DNA of 64,000 nt from Deinococcus sp. (GCA_965261005.1 OZ253376.1:160001-224000); one strand, 5' to 3'. Shown: positions 44,205 through 55,656, counted from the first letter of the stretch. Numbers and translations are program-made. Notes: a model not told the origin generated them from the letters alone.

Positions 44205-44927
44205 GTGCTTCCCCTGCTGCGCGCCGCGCACCTCGCGCTGACCTTTTTAACCACGCTGCCGCTGCCGCACGTGGGCGAGGTGCGGGAGGGGGAGTTCGCG
44301 CGGGCCAGCGGTTTCTATCCGCTGGCCGGCTACGCGGTGGGCGCCGCCGTGGCGCTGACCTTGTGGCTGACCTCGGCGCTGCCGGGGGGGGTGGGGGCGG
44401 CCCTCGGCCTGGCGGCGTGGCTGGCCGTGACCGGCATGTTGCACTTCGACGGCCTGGTGGACGCGGCGGACGCGCTGTTTGCCATGAAAAGTCCGGCGCG
44501 GCGCCTCGAAATCCTGGCGGACGTTCACGTCGGCGCCTTTGGCCTCGCCACGGGGGTGGTCGCGCTGCTGCTGAAGTGGAGCTTGCTGGGCGCGCTCGGG
44601 TCGCCGCTGTGGCCCATCGTCGCGGCGGTGGCGGCGCGCCTGGTCGTGCTGGCCCCCATGAACCTCTACCCGGCGGCGCGGCGCGAATCCCTCGGGGCGC
44701 GCTCGCGCGAGGGGTGGTGGCCGGTGGCCTGCCTGGTGGCGCTGCCCGCGCTGCTGATCCCCTCGGCGTGGATTGGCTTTTTGGGCGCGCTGGCGGCGGC
44801 GGCGCTGGCGGCCCGCTTCGCGGCCTCGCGCCTGGGCGGCGGTTTGAACGGCGATGTGTACGGGGCCGTGATCGAGTGCGCGGAGATCGCCGCGCTGCTG
44901 GCGATGGCTTGGGCGGCGCGGGTCTAG
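44205..44927 (+). CDS. cobS: Adenosylcobinamide-GDP ribazoletransferase
   Basis: 'FLTTLP', '[14 protein letters not shown]', 'GLNGDVYGA'. Confidence 0.9.
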   Translation: MLPLLRAAHLALTFLTTLPLPHVGEVREGEFARASGFYPLAGYAVGAAVALTLWLTSALPGGVGAALGLAAWLAVTGMLHFDGLVDAADALFAMKSPARRLEILADVHVGAFGLATGVVALLLKWSLLGALGSPLWPIVAAVAARLVVLAPMNLYPAARRESLGARSREGWWPVACLVALPALLIPSAWIGFLGALAAAALAARFAASRLGGGLNGDVYGAVIECAEIAALLAMAWAARV

Positions 44928-44964
44928 CCCTTGCACCCGCTTCCCCGGGCGCGTAGGATGGCGC

Positions 44965-45080
44965 CACCTGGTGCCCGGCGCGTGTAGCGCGGGCTTAAAC
45001 GTGGGGAAGTCCGGTGAGATTCCGGCGCTGTTGCGCAGCGGTGTGTGAGCCAAGCTCATAAGCCCGAATGCCTGCCAGGA
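44965..45080 (+). ncRNA. Cobalamin riboswitch
   Basis: GGTG...TTAA...GGGAAGTCCGGTG..ATTCCGGCGCTG..CGCAGCGGT...AAGCCCGAATGCCTGCCA upstream of btuF; boundaries approximate. Confidence 0.85.
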
Positions 45081-45224
45081 ACGTCACGCGCAAGCGGCGT
45101 GACACCTCTCGTCGAAAGGGGGACAGCGCGCGGGATTCGCCCGCACTTTCAGTCACGCTGCCGAACCGTTTCCGCGAGGAGACGGTTTTTTCGTTTGGAC
45201 TTCAGTATGTGTTTAGGAGACGTG

Positions 45225-46097
45225 ATGCACACCCGTTTGACCGCCGTTCTCACGGCCGCCCTGCTCGGCTCGGCCCTCGCCACCCAGTACCCACTCACCG
45301 TCACCGACGACCTCGGGCGCACGGTCACGCTCAGGAGCGAGCCGAAACGCATCGTCGCCATGCTGCCCAGCCACACCGAGACGCTGTTCGCCCTGGGAGC
45401 GGGCGACAAGCTGGTGGGCATCGACGTGTACTCGAACTACCCCAAGGCCGGGACCGCCAACATCGAAAAGGTCGGCAGCGGCTACCAGCCCAACATCGAG
45501 GCGATTGTGGCCCTCAAACCCGACCTCGTGCTGGCCGACGAGTCCGCGTCCTCCAAGCTGACCGCCAAGCTCGCGGCGGCGGGCCTCACGGTCTACGGCG
45601 GCACCGCGCAGACCTTGAGCGAGGTGTTTCAAAAGGTCGCCGTTCTCGGCAAGCTGGTCAACCGCGAGGCGGCGGCCACCAACCTGATCGCCAGCATGCG
45701 CCGCGACCTCGACGCGGTGCAGGCCAGCGTGCTGAACGCGCCCAAGGTCAGCGTCTACTACGAGGTGGACCCGACCCCTTACACGGCGGGGCCGAACAGC
45801 TTTATCGGGGAACTGCTGACGCGGGCAGGCGGGCGCAACATCATCCCGGCAAACCTGGGCGACTTTCCGCAGATCAGCCCGGAATTCGTGCTGAAAAGCA
45901 ACCCCAGCGTCATCATCGGCCCGGCCCTCAAGGACGTGGCGGGGCGCCCTGGCTGGAACACCCTCGCGGCCGTGAGGGAAAAGCGCGTCTACCAGCCGAC
46001 CCCCGAGGAGGACGACGCCCTGTCGCGCCCCGGTCCGCGCCTCGCCGCCGCGCTGCGGACGCTGGCGAGAATGCTTCACCCCGAGCGCTTTCCGTGA
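45225..46097 (+). CDS. btuF: Cobalamin-binding periplasmic protein
   Basis: 'VTDDLGRTV', '[19 protein letters not shown]', 'RPGPRL'; follows the riboswitch. Confidence 0.85.
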   Translation: MHTRLTAVLTAALLGSALATQYPLTVTDDLGRTVTLRSEPKRIVAMLPSHTETLFALGAGDKLVGIDVYSNYPKAGTANIEKVGSGYQPNIEAIVALKPDLVLADESASSKLTAKLAAAGLTVYGGTAQTLSEVFQKVAVLGKLVNREAAATNLIASMRRDLDAVQASVLNAPKVSVYYEVDPTPYTAGPNSFIGELLTRAGGRNIIPANLGDFPQISPEFVLKSNPSVIIGPALKDVAGRPGWNTLAAVREKRVYQPTPEEDDALSRPGPRLAAALRTLARMLHPERFP

Positions 46098-46714
46098 GCG
46101 ACCCGACCGATCAGGAGCGCCGCGCCGCCGCGATGGCCCGCCTCGCCGAGGAGCGCGACGGTCACAAAAAAACGGAGGGGCCGACGCAGGGATCGCGCCG
46201 CAAAGGACTGATCATCGTGAACACCGGGCGCGGCAAGGGCAAGACGACCGCCGCCCTAGGGCTGATGCTGCGCGCCAGCGGGCGCGGCCTCAAGGTCAAG
46301 CTGTTTCAGTTCATCAAGCACGAGCGCGCCCAATTCGGCGAGCACCGCAGCCTGGAAAAGCTGGAGGTGCCGTTTCAGGGGCTGGGCGACGGCTTCACTT
46401 GGCGCTCAAAGGACTTGGAGGGGTCGGCCGCCTTGGCGGCGGTTGGCTGGCAGCAAGCCAGGGCGGCCATCGAGGGCGGCGGGTGGGACATGGTCGTGCT
46501 CGACGAGTTCACCTACGCCCTCAGCTACGGCTGGGTGCCGTGGGCCGAGGTGGAGGCGGCCCTGCGCGGGCGCGACCCCAAGCTGCACGTGGTCATCACC
46601 GGGCGGGACGCTTTGCCCGAACTGGTCGCCCTGGCCGACACCGTGACCGAGATGCAACCAATCAAGCACGCCTACCAGGCGGGCGTGCGGGCGCAGGCGG
46701 GCATCGAGCACTGA
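46094..46714 (+). CDS. cobO: Cob(I)yrinic acid a,c-diamide adenosyltransferase
   Basis: '[13 protein letters not shown]', 'QFIK', 'VLDEF', 'ITGR'. Confidence 0.92.
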   Translation: MSDPTDQERRAAAMARLAEERDGHKKTEGPTQGSRRKGLIIVNTGRGKGKTTAALGLMLRASGRGLKVKLFQFIKHERAQFGEHRSLEKLEVPFQGLGDGFTWRSKDLEGSAALAAVGWQQARAAIEGGGWDMVVLDEFTYALSYGWVPWAEVEAALRGRDPKLHVVITGRDALPELVALADTVTEMQPIKHAYQAGVRAQAGIEH

Positions 46715-47631
46715 TGCGCGCCCGCATCGCCCTGCTCGCCGGCGCCCTCGACCTCGCCTTTGGGGAGTGGCCCGCGCGGCTGCACCCCGTCGTCGGGATG
46801 GGGCGCTACCTGAGCGCGGTTCGCCGGCGCTGGCACTTCGTCAGCCCGGCGGCGCAGCTCCTGGAGGGCGGCCTTTGGTGGGGTCTGGGCGCCCTGGGCG
46901 CTTGGGGCGCGGGCCTGGCCGCCGAACGTCTTGCCGCGCGGCTGCCCGCTGTGGCGCGCCCCGTGGCCGAGGCCCTGCTGTTGAAGCCGCTGTTTTCCGT
47001 TCGCGCGCTGTTTTCGGCTGTGGGAGAGGTGGAGCGCGCCCTCTTGGCGAACGACTTGCCGGGGGCGCGGCGCCTGCTTTCCTGGCACCTGGTCAGCCGC
47101 GACACAACCGAACTGGACCAGGGCGAGGTGGCGGGCGCCGCGCTGGAAAGCCTGGCCGAGAATGTGTCGGACTCGGTGGTGGCGCCGCTGCTGGCCTACC
47201 GCCTGGGCGGGCTGCCGCTCGCGGCGCTCTACCGCTTCGGCAACACGGCGGACGCCATGTGGGGCTACCGCACGCCGGAGTTGGAATGGCCGGGCAAGGT
47301 GGCCGCGCGGGCGGACGACCTGCTGAATGTGCTGCCCGCCCGCCTGAGCGGGCTGCTGCTGGTCGGGGCGGCGTTTCCCTACGGGGGGAACGGGCGGGAA
47401 GCGTGGCGGGTCATGCGGCGGGACGCGCGGCGCCCGCCCTCGCCCAACGCGGGCTGGCCGATGGCGGCGCTGGCGGGCGCCCTGGGCACCGGGCTGACCA
47501 AGCGCGGCGCGTACGTTCTGAATGGGGAGGGGCGCGCGCCGCAGGTCGCCGATCTCGGCCTTGGCGTGCGCCTGACCAAGCTGGCGCTGCTGCTCGGCGG
47601 CGCGCTCTGGCTGGCGGGCGACCGTGCCTGA
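46714..47631 (+). CDS. cbiB: Adenosylcobinamide-phosphate synthase
   Basis: 'HPVVGMG', 'LVSRDT', '[14 protein letters not shown]', 'SPNAGWP'. Confidence 0.9.
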   Translation: MRARIALLAGALDLAFGEWPARLHPVVGMGRYLSAVRRRWHFVSPAAQLLEGGLWWGLGALGAWGAGLAAERLAARLPAVARPVAEALLLKPLFSVRALFSAVGEVERALLANDLPGARRLLSWHLVSRDTTELDQGEVAGAALESLAENVSDSVVAPLLAYRLGGLPLAALYRFGNTADAMWGYRTPELEWPGKVAARADDLLNVLPARLSGLLLVGAAFPYGGNGREAWRVMRRDARRPPSPNAGWPMAALAGALGTGLTKRGAYVLNGEGRAPQVADLGLGVRLTKLALLLGGALWLAGDRA

Positions 47632-48643
47632 GCCGCTTCACCCGGCCGTGCCGTCCGCGCCCCACGGCGGCGCGGACGGCACGGCCTTTGTGGGCCTCGA
47701 CTTCAGCGTGAACAGCAACCCGTTCGGCCCGAACCCGGCGCTGCTCGCGGCGGCGCGCGGGGCGGACATGGGCGTCTATCCCGATCCCGACCTGACCGAG
47801 GTCCGGGCCTGTCTGGCCGCGTGGCACGGCGTTTCCCCCGCCGAGGTCGTGCCGGCCCTTGGCGCGTCGGCGCTTTTGGGACGCCTCGCGTGGGCGTACC
47901 TGCGGCCGGGCGACCGCGTTCTCTCGCTGGGACCCGCCTTCGGGGAGTTCGTGCGGGCGGTGGCGCTGACGCGGGCCAGGCTCGACGTCGCGCAACCGGG
48001 GATGGCCGGAACATTGATCGCGGCCCTCAAGCCCACCTTGGTGTACTTGTCGCGGCCCAACAACCCCCTCGGCACCAGCTTGCCTTGGCGCGAGCTGCGC
48101 GACCTCGCGGACGCCTGTCAGGGGGTAGGCGCCCTGCTGATCCTCGACGAGGCGTACGCGCCGCTGGCGCCGGGATTGCCCACCCTGAAGCGGCACGCGG
48201 CGGTCGTGCGCCTGCACTCTCCGGGCAAGGTCCACGGCGCGGTCGGTTTGCGCCTCGCCTACGCCCTGGCGCCGCCGATGGTCGCCCACGCGCTGCGCAA
48301 CCTCGCCCCGGCCTGGGACTTGCCCGCCCCGACGGTCGCGGCGCTGCTCGCGCTGCCGCGCGCCGGGGCCTTCGTGGACGAGACTTTGCCCCGCTGGCAG
48401 GGGGCGGCGGACGAATTGGCAACTCAATTGGCCGAATTTGTTCCGGTTCACCCCACGGGTTTGCCCTTTTTCACCCTGGAGGTGGGAAACGCGGCGCGGG
48501 TGGGCGCGGCCCTGCTGGCGCGCGGTTTGCGGGCGCGCGACTGCGCCAGCTACGGCTTTCCCGCCCGCCTGCGCGTCTCGGCGCGGACGCCGCCAGAGAA
48601 CGCCGCGCTGCTGTCGGCTTTGCGGGACGTGACCCGTGGGTAG
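47624..48643 (+). CDS. cobD: PLP-dependent threonine-phosphate decarboxylase-like enzyme
   Basis: 'HGG', 'DFSVNSNP', 'PNNPLG', 'DEAY', 'SPGK..G..GLRL'; operon context. Confidence 0.75.
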   Translation: MPEPLHPAVPSAPHGGADGTAFVGLDFSVNSNPFGPNPALLAAARGADMGVYPDPDLTEVRACLAAWHGVSPAEVVPALGASALLGRLAWAYLRPGDRVLSLGPAFGEFVRAVALTRARLDVAQPGMAGTLIAALKPTLVYLSRPNNPLGTSLPWRELRDLADACQGVGALLILDEAYAPLAPGLPTLKRHAAVVRLHSPGKVHGAVGLRLAYALAPPMVAHALRNLAPAWDLPAPTVAALLALPRAGAFVDETLPRWQGAADELATQLAEFVPVHPTGLPFFTLEVGNAARVGAALLARGLRARDCASYGFPARLRVSARTPPENAALLSALRDVTRG

Positions 48644-50042
48644 GGCGCTGATGGTGCAGGGCTGCACCTCGGGCGCGGGCAAGTCGTACCTCACGGCGGC
48701 GCTGTGCCGCGCCTTTTCAAACAGAGGGGTGCGGGTCGCCCCCTTCAAGGCGCAGAACATGAGCAACAACGCGGGCGTCACCCCGGCGGGTTTGGAGATG
48801 GGCCGCGCGCAATTGGTGCAGGCGAGCGCCGCGCGGGTCACGCCCGACGCGCGCATGAACCCGGTGCTGCTCAAGCCCGAGGCCGACACCAAGTCGCAGG
48901 TCGTGGTCCTCGGCAAGGCGGACCTGGAACTGTCGGCCTTGCCGTGGCGCGAGCGCAAAGGGCGCTTGTGGCCGGTCGTGCGCGACAGCCTGCACAGCCT
49001 GCTGGCCGAGTACGATCTGCTGGTGATCGAGGGCGCGGGCAGCCCCGCCGAAGTCAACTTGCGCGGCGGCGACATCGTCAACATGGCCGTGGCGCTGGAG
49101 GCGCGGGCGCGCGTGCTGCTGACCTGCGACATCGACCGGGGCGGCGCCTTCGCCCACCTGCTGGGCACCTGGCACTGCCTGAGCGGGGCCGAGCGCGCGC
49201 TGCTGGGCGGCTTCGTGCTCAACAAGTTCCGGGGCGACCCGGGCTTGCTGTCCCCCGCGCCCGAGTGGCTCGAAGGGCGGACCGGCGTGCCCACCCTGGG
49301 CGTCGTGCCGCTGCTGGAGGTCTCCTTGCCCGAGGAGGACGGCGCGTGGCTGGACACGCCCAACGCGGCGGCTCTGCGCGGCGCGGTCGCCGTCGTCCGC
49401 TTGCCGCGCGTCTCGAACCTCGACGAGTTCGCCCCGCTGGGCGCGCTCGCCCGCTGGGTGAACCGACCTGCCGATCTTGGCGCGGCGTGCGCCGTCATCC
49501 TGCCCGGCTCGAAGAGCGTGCGCGCCGACCTGGATTGGCTGCGCGCCACGGGCTTGGCGGGGGCCGTCGCCCGGCTGGCCCGCGCGGGCGTGCCCGTCCT
49601 CGGCGTGTGCGGCGGAATGCAGATGCTCGGCCACACCCTGCGCGATCCGCACGGCGTCGAGGGCGGCGGCGAGGTGCCGGGGCTTGGCCTGCTCGATGTG
49701 GAGACGACGCTGGAGCGGGACAAGACCACCCGGCTGGTGGGCGTGACCGACCGGGAGACCGGCGCGCGGCTGGAGGGATACGAGATTCACCACGGGCGCA
49801 CGCTCACCGGTCCGGACGCGGTCGAGACTGTCGCCGGGCTGGCTTGGCGGCAAGGCAACGTGCGCGGCGTGTACGTTCACGGCCTGCTGGACAACCCCGC
49901 CTACCTGGAGGCGTTCCTGAACCGCGCCGGGCTGACCCCGCCCGCGCCGCCGGACACCCTGGACGCCCGGCTCGACGTGCTGGCGGCGCGCGTCACGGCG
50001 GCCCTCGATTGGCCGCGCGTGCGGGCGCTGGTGGACTTGTGA
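48636..50042 (+). CDS. cobQ: Cobyric acid synthase
   Basis: 'QGCTSGAGKS', 'PFKAQNMSNN', 'EGAGSPAE', 'GVCGGMQ', 'GYEIHHG'. Confidence 0.92.
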   Translation: MGRALMVQGCTSGAGKSYLTAALCRAFSNRGVRVAPFKAQNMSNNAGVTPAGLEMGRAQLVQASAARVTPDARMNPVLLKPEADTKSQVVVLGKADLELSALPWRERKGRLWPVVRDSLHSLLAEYDLLVIEGAGSPAEVNLRGGDIVNMAVALEARARVLLTCDIDRGGAFAHLLGTWHCLSGAERALLGGFVLNKFRGDPGLLSPAPEWLEGRTGVPTLGVVPLLEVSLPEEDGAWLDTPNAAALRGAVAVVRLPRVSNLDEFAPLGALARWVNRPADLGAACAVILPGSKSVRADLDWLRATGLAGAVARLARAGVPVLGVCGGMQMLGHTLRDPHGVEGGGEVPGLGLLDVETTLERDKTTRLVGVTDRETGARLEGYEIHHGRTLTGPDAVETVAGLAWRQGNVRGVYVHGLLDNPAYLEAFLNRAGLTPPAPPDTLDARLDVLAARVTAALDWPRVRALVDL

Positions 50043-50548
50043 GCCGCCTGATCTTCGTCACCGGCGGCGCCCGCAGCGGCAAGTCGCGCTTCGCCGAGGA
50101 CATGGCGCTGGCCCTCAGCCCGGGGGAAAGAACTTACCTGGCGACCGCGCAGCCCCTCGACGACGAGATGCGGGAACGTGTGGAGCGGCACCGGCGGGGG
50201 CGCGACGAGGGCTGGCTGACCATCGAGGAACCCCTCGACGCGGCGCTCGCCGTGCGAAAGGCCAAGGCGCCCTTGATTCTGCTCGACTGCCTGTCGCTGC
50301 TGGTCTCCAACCTGCTGCTCGCCGGGCGCGAGGAGGCGGAGACGCTGGCGGCGGTGGACGACCTGCTGGACGCGGGACGGGGGAAAATCTTGATCGTCGT
50401 CTCCAACGAGGTCGGCTCGGGCGTGGTGCCCGCCTATCCGCTCGGGCGGGTGTACCGCGACCTTCTGGGCCGGGCCAACCAGCGCGTCGCCGCCCGCGCG
50501 GACGAGGCTTACCTGCTGGTGGCGGGCCTGCCGCTGCGTCTGAGATGA
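50039..50548 (+). CDS. cobU: Adenosylcobinamide kinase / guanylyltransferase
   Basis: 'TGGARSGKSRFAE', 'YLATA', 'VSNEVGSG'. Confidence 0.92.
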   Translation: MSRLIFVTGGARSGKSRFAEDMALALSPGERTYLATAQPLDDEMRERVERHRRGRDEGWLTIEEPLDAALAVRKAKAPLILLDCLSLLVSNLLLAGREEAETLAAVDDLLDAGRGKILIVVSNEVGSGVVPAYPLGRVYRDLLGRANQRVAARADEAYLLVAGLPLRLR

Positions 50549-50555
50549 TGGGGCC

Positions 50556-51638
50556 GTGACCGACCTCGAACGGCGCTTTCAGCACTTGCTCGACCGAATT
50601 TTCCCCGTGGACGAGGGGGCGGCGCGGGCCGCGCGGGACCGTCAGGCCCAGCTGACCAAGCCCCCCGGCGCCCTGGGCGACCTTGAAGACCTCTCGGTGC
50701 GGCTCGCGGCGGTGTTCGGCACCCCCCGGCCACACCCGCGCAGCGTGGCGGTGGTCGTGTGCGCCGGGGACCACGGCGTGGTGGAGGAGGGCGTGAGCGC
50801 CTTTCCCGCCAGCGTGACGCCCGCGATGGTGGCCAACTTCCTGGCCGACACGCCGTTCGGGCCGGGCGGCGCCGCCGTGAACGCCGTCGCCCGCGCGGTC
50901 GGGGCGCGGGTCTACGTCCTCGACGTGGGGGTGGCGGCGGACCTGCCCGCGTCACCGCGCCTGACGGGGGCCAAGGTGCGCGCCGGCACCCGCAACCTGC
51001 GCCTGGAAAGCGCCATGACGCAGGAAGAGACCTTGCGGGCCGTGCTGGCCGGCGCGGACGCCGCCCAGAATGCCATCCGCGAAGGGGCCGACCTGATCGT
51101 GCCGGGGGAGATGGGCATCGGCAACACCACTCCCGCCGCCGCCCTGAGCGCCCGGCTGCTGAACCTGGACCCGGCGCAGGTGACCGGGCGCGGCACCGGC
51201 GTGGACGATGCCCAACTGGCCCACAAGATCGCGGTGGTCCGGGACGCCTTGGCGCGCAATGAGAGCGACGCGGGCGATCCGCTGGGCGCCCTGGCCGACC
51301 TGGGCGGCCTTGAACTCGCCGCCATGCTCGGCGTGATGCTGGCGGCGGCGGCCGGGAAGCGCGCCATCGTCCTCGACGGCTTCGTGGAGGGCGCCGCCGC
51401 GCTGGTAGCCGCCCAGCTGAAGCCCGAGCTGCGCGGCTACCTGTTCGCGGCGGGCCTGTGCGCCGAGCGCGGGCACGCGGCCCAACTGAAATGGTTCGGC
51501 CTCAAGCCGATGTTCGAGCTGAACCTGCGCCTGGGCGAGGGCAGCGGCGGCGTCCTGGCCGCGCCCATGCTGCTGGCGGCGGCGGCCACCCTGCGCGAGA
51601 TGCGAACCTTCGGGGAGGCGGGCGTGCCGAAGGGTTGA
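50556..51638 (+). CDS. cobT: Nicotinate-nucleotide-dimethylbenzimidazole phosphoribosyltransferase
   Basis: 'LTKPPGALG', 'AGDHGV', 'GEMGIGNTT', 'LRLGEGSG'. Confidence 0.93.
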   Translation: MTDLERRFQHLLDRIFPVDEGAARAARDRQAQLTKPPGALGDLEDLSVRLAAVFGTPRPHPRSVAVVVCAGDHGVVEEGVSAFPASVTPAMVANFLADTPFGPGGAAVNAVARAVGARVYVLDVGVAADLPASPRLTGAKVRAGTRNLRLESAMTQEETLRAVLAGADAAQNAIREGADLIVPGEMGIGNTTPAAALSARLLNLDPAQVTGRGTGVDDAQLAHKIAVVRDALARNESDAGDPLGALADLGGLELAAMLGVMLAAAAGKRAIVLDGFVEGAAALVAAQLKPELRGYLFAAGLCAERGHAAQLKWFGLKPMFELNLRLGEGSGGVLAAPMLLAAAATLREMRTFGEAGVPKG

Positions 51639-51979
51639 AGGTCCGCACCCGAGCTTATGCTGCTCTGGCGCTTGAGCCTTGCTCGACATCATGCTGTCAA
51701 CTGCGGTCGTCGTCGGGGCGCTGATCGCGCGGCGCAATGGCCGTGAACCGCGCGGCCTTGTCGCGCCCGGTCCTCTACCTCAGCTATGCGCCGCGCTATT
51801 AAAGCTTTTATGAACTTTCAGTCCCCTACCAATCGGGGAAGTGGTTGAAGCCCTGGTCACCCCACCCCGCACGACGCCCACCCGAGGGCGCGCTTGTCAG
51901 AGGGGGCCGAACGCATCCTGGCGTGCATCGGCACCCGCGGCTCTCACGCAGGCTGCGTGCAACTGGCCCCACCTGCGCC

Positions 51980-52387
51980 TCAGGTCTGGGGCACCTCATC
52001 GGCAGAACGCAGAGGCCAGCGGTGTGCCCACGCGGCAAGCTCGTCCAGCGCAGGCTTAAGATCTCGCCCCTGCGCCGTGAGTGCATATTCGACCCGCACT
52101 GGCGTGCTGGGCACCACAGTGCGGACAACGATCCCGGCCTCCTCCAACTCACGCAGGCGCTCGCTGAGCATGCGGTCGGTCATCTCTGGCAAGGTGGCGC
52201 TGATAACGCTAAAGCGGGCGGGACGCTGGAGCAAGACGTGCACGATGGCTCCACTCCAGCGGCGTCCAATCAGTTCGACGGCGTGGTGGAAGCGCGTGCA
52301 AATGGTATGTGTGTCGTCTCGTGACGGCTGCTCAGCGACCGACAACGGCGCGATTGGCGGGGATGAGGCGATGAAATCCGTGGACAT
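51980..52387 (-). CDS. HxlR family regulator
   Basis: 'ELIGRRWSGAIV', 'DRMLSERLRELE', 'PVRVEYALT'. Confidence 0.85.
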   Translation of the reverse strand: MSTDFIASSPPIAPLSVAEQPSRDDTHTICTRFHHAVELIGRRWSGAIVHVLLQRPARFSVISATLPEMTDRMLSERLRELEEAGIVVRTVVPSTPVRVEYALTAQGRDLKPALDELAAWAHRWPLRSADEVPQT

Positions 52388-52508
52388 GCCGACAGAATAC
52401 ATCGTTCGCGCTTGACAGTAGGAACTTCCTAGAGTATAGTTCCTATCACCTATAAAAAGTATAGTGATATGGTTCGCTTAGTCTTCCCGCCGCCCAAGAG
52501 GTCCCGTC

Positions 52509-53405
52509 ATGCTCACGACCAGCCCCATCGCCACCGCCCGCACCCCGCAACTCATTATCGACGCGGTTCACAACGGACGCACCTCCTCCAGGGATGACAG
52601 CTGGACCATCCTTCCGCCCGATGTCAGCCGCTGGGATCCGTTCGTTCTTCTGGTAGAGGATACTTTCAACACGCTTGGCTTCCCTTGGCATCCACACCGT
52701 GGTTTTCAGACGCTGACGTACGTTCTTGACGGCCAACTCGAACACCGAGACAACGCGGGCGGCTTCGGCGTGCTTGGTCGCGGCGACGCGCAGTACATGC
52801 TTGCGGGAAAGTACGCGATGCACTACGAACTCGCCCACCAGTTCAAGCCGGTGCAGGTGCTTCAGGCGTGGATCAATCTGCCCGCCGCCGATAAACTTGG
52901 ACCGAGCGGCTACGTTGATCTCGCCCGCAGCAATGCCAACCGCATTGAGCTGCCTGGGGTCATCGCGCGCCTTCACGTGGGCCGCGTGGCGGGACTTAAG
53001 GGCGCAGATGAGCGTCAATTCAAGGTGCCCATCACACTGCTCGATGCGGAGATAGAGGCGGGCGCGTCTCTCACGCACGAAGTGCCGGGCGACCACGTCG
53101 TCGCGCTCTATGTGGCGCAGGGCAGCGTGCGGGTCGGGCCGGATAGATTGCAGGTCGCAGCTCATCATACCGCTTGGTTCGGTGCTGCTGAGCCGGGAAC
53201 GACGGCGATCGCGATCGAGGCCGACGAGGACGCTTTCATCATCGTCTACTCTGGCCGCCCCGTGCGCGAGTCCGTGACGTTCGGTGGGCCATTCCTGATG
53301 AACACTGAGGCCGAGAACCGGCAGGCGATGGCCGAGTTCCGCGCCGGACACTTCGGAGAGTTGCCCAGTGACCCCACGCCCACAGACGCGGCGACCCGCC
53401 GCTAA
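52509..53405 (+). CDS. Pirin family protein
   Basis: 'DPFVLL', 'WHPHRGFQTLTY', 'LQAWINLP', 'GGPFLMNT'. Confidence 0.9.
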   Translation: MLTTSPIATARTPQLIIDAVHNGRTSSRDDSWTILPPDVSRWDPFVLLVEDTFNTLGFPWHPHRGFQTLTYVLDGQLEHRDNAGGFGVLGRGDAQYMLAGKYAMHYELAHQFKPVQVLQAWINLPAADKLGPSGYVDLARSNANRIELPGVIARLHVGRVAGLKGADERQFKVPITLLDAEIEAGASLTHEVPGDHVVALYVAQGSVRVGPDRLQVAAHHTAWFGAAEPGTTAIAIEADEDAFIIVYSGRPVRESVTFGGPFLMNTEAENRQAMAEFRAGHFGELPSDPTPTDAATRR

Positions 53406-53616
53406 AGCAGTCAACGGATAATCAACCCGGCGGGGGTAGCCCCCTCGGTGAGCAGCTCTCCAGTGATTTACGCGCCAACAACCTCCCAGATGAGCTGAAT
53501 AAGTCGGCAACTCAGTCCTGCGACGCCGCCCGCCGAACGCGCTGAACTGCCTATCGCATTCGCCAGTCATAGGAGCCGAACAATGCCGACCCTGCTTGCC
53601 ACAGCTGTTATTGATA

Positions 53617-54672
53617 CCGGTCTAAGTTAAGGACGGTCGGAAAGGGTGAAGGAGCTTGTTGGGGAGGTCAGCGGAGCGAACGCGCTGCCAGCCGGTTCGC
53701 AGCTTGGCCTTGAGTTGTGGGAGGTCGTGTGGGCAGAAGTTGCCCAGAACGTGCTGCTTGACGTAGGCCCACAGGTGTTCAATCGGATTGAGTTCCGGCG
53801 CATAGGCTGGCAGGAACACCAGCGACAGGCGCTCATGTCCCTCGACCAAGGCGTTGACCAGCTTGGCTTTGTGGATGCGCGCGTTGTCCAGCACCACCAC
53901 GACCTCCCCCTCGACATGCGTCAGAACATGCTTCAAAAAGGCCACCACCTTGGGCGCTTTCACGGCACCTGAGTGGGTGTGCTGCACAAACTGTCCGTTC
54001 GTCGTGACGGCGCCGATGGTCGAGAGTTTGTCCCAGCTCGCCTTGGTCGGGATCAGCGGTGTCTGTCCCCGTGGTGCCCAAGTCCGCGTGACGGTTGCTT
54101 TGAGGCTGAAGCCGCTCTCGTCGAGGAAGACCAATGTGGCGCCCTCAGCCCTCTTTTTTTTTCAACTCAGGCAGCACCGTCTCCACCCAAGTCTGAACCG
54201 CCGCTTCATTGCGCTCCAACGCCCGCGTCTCGGCCTTTTGGCGTGAAAAGCCTAACTGGTGCAGCACTTTGCGCAGGTGATCGGGGTGCTGCCACACCCC
54301 GAACTCACGGCCGATCAGCGCCCGGACACGCTTGGTGGTCCAGCGCGCGTCATCCCAGCCGTGCGCCTGTGGACCTTCACACAGCTTCTGGCGCAACACC
54401 TCGCGCTGCTCAAAGCTCAACGCGGCGGGACGACCGCCGGACCTGGTGGCCTTGAGGGCATCTTTGCCGTGGTCACGCAACGCTTTGCGCCAGTTGCGCA
54501 CCGTACTCGGTGATACCCCGAGCGCCTCGGTAATCTCTTAGGTCGCCTGCCCCGCTTCCAACAACTGCTGCCCGTACAACCGACGTTCTTCCTGCTGACT
54601 TCGACTCAGCGCCCCTGGACGCCATACCTTCAACACACGCCTAGCTTATTAGATGTCCCTTACTTAAACCGG
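53617..54672 (-). mobile_element. IS630-family insertion sequence, probably defective
   Basis: IRs CCGGTCTAAGT/ACTTAAACCGG flanked by TA; orfA (HTH) and orfB (DDE) joined at an A9 run. Confidence 0.88.
53622..54636 (-). pseudogene. IS630 transposase (orfA/orfB) with an extra frameshift near 54537
   Basis: 'VFLDESGF', 'VLDNARIH', 'PAYAPELNPIE'; the orfA N-terminus (…LLEAGRRPK) is out of frame with EITEALGVSPSTVRNW. Confidence 0.8.
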
Positions 54673-54776
54673 TATCAATAAGCATTCAAGACGGCGACAC
54701 CAGCTGTCCAACACGAGAAGTGGAACGGGCGGCGTCGCCCGTTTGGGTGACGACAAGATCCAGCAACTTTAGTACG

Positions 54777-55370
54777 CTAAGCCGCCCCGTTCTCCTCCGG
54801 TAGGCCGGTTGAAGCGCGTTTCACGATGTCCATGACAGTGTTTTTGCTCAAGCGCAGCTCGCGGGCAATCTCCCGATATGACCGCCCCCGCGCTCGCAAT
54901 CGCAGCACGCGGGCCGTGTACCGCTCCGCCTTTGTACGTTGCCCTGGCTGACGACCGAACGGCACGCCGCGCTCGCGCGCCGCTGCGACGCCCGACTTCA
55001 CCCGCTCCCGCAACAGGTCCCGCTCGAACTCCGCTAGCGCCGCCATCAACGATGCGAACAGCTTGCCCTGGGGCGAACTCAGGTCAAACTGCAATTCTGT
55101 CTGCGCGATCACCGACACGCCGCATGCCTCCAACTCCCGCAGGCTGTGCAGCAGATCGGTCGTCGAGCGCCCCCACCGGGTGAGTTCCGTGACCAGCACC
55201 ACCTTGCCCCGCTGAGCCCGCTGGTCCTTACTCCCGGAAGCCGTCTCCTTGAACACACCCACGACCTCATACCTGCCGCGTTGGGCGAATGCCCGCAGGT
55301 CCCGTTCCTGGCGGTCACAGGACTGGTCACTCGTGGAGACCCGGCAGGAGATGGCGGCGCGCTGTCCCAT
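54777..55370 (-). CDS. Small serine recombinase (resolvase/invertase), apparently with an internal deletion
   Basis: 'CRVSTSDQ', 'ETASG', 'ELTRWGRS', 'AEFERDLLRER', C-terminal HTH. Confidence 0.82.
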   Translation of the reverse strand: MGQRAAISCRVSTSDQSCDRQERDLRAFAQRGRYEVVGVFKETASGSKDQRAQRGKVVLVTELTRWGRSTTDLLHSLRELEACGVSVIAQTELQFDLSSPQGKLFASLMAALAEFERDLLRERVKSGVAAARERGVPFGRQPGQRTKAERYTARVLRLRARGRSYREIARELRLSKNTVMDIVKRASTGLPEENGAA

Positions 55371-55630
55371 TTGAACCTTCTGAAATCCAAGTCCATTTTT
55401 ATTCGTGTTCGTCGGGCTTCTGACCTGTCCCGATTGAACTGTACTTCGTTTGGAACAGAGCAAGCCGCACTCAGTCTCGTCCCATGCGGATGGTTATAGG
55501 ACGAATGTCGTGAGGCATGACGGTGGAGAACTTGCTCCTCGTGGAAGGGGAGCGAGGAACTGACGCCTCGTCCGTCGCTCACCTTCCCACCCGACGGACG
55601 GACGGTGTATGCCAATCGACTATGTTTAGC

Positions 55631-55647
55631 CTTATAACTGTTATAAG
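55631..55647. promoter_or_regulatory. Palindromic MarR-type operator
   Basis: CTTATAAC-T-GTTATAAG ending 10 nt before the MarR start. Confidence 0.65.
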
Positions 55648-55656
55648 TATAACTAT

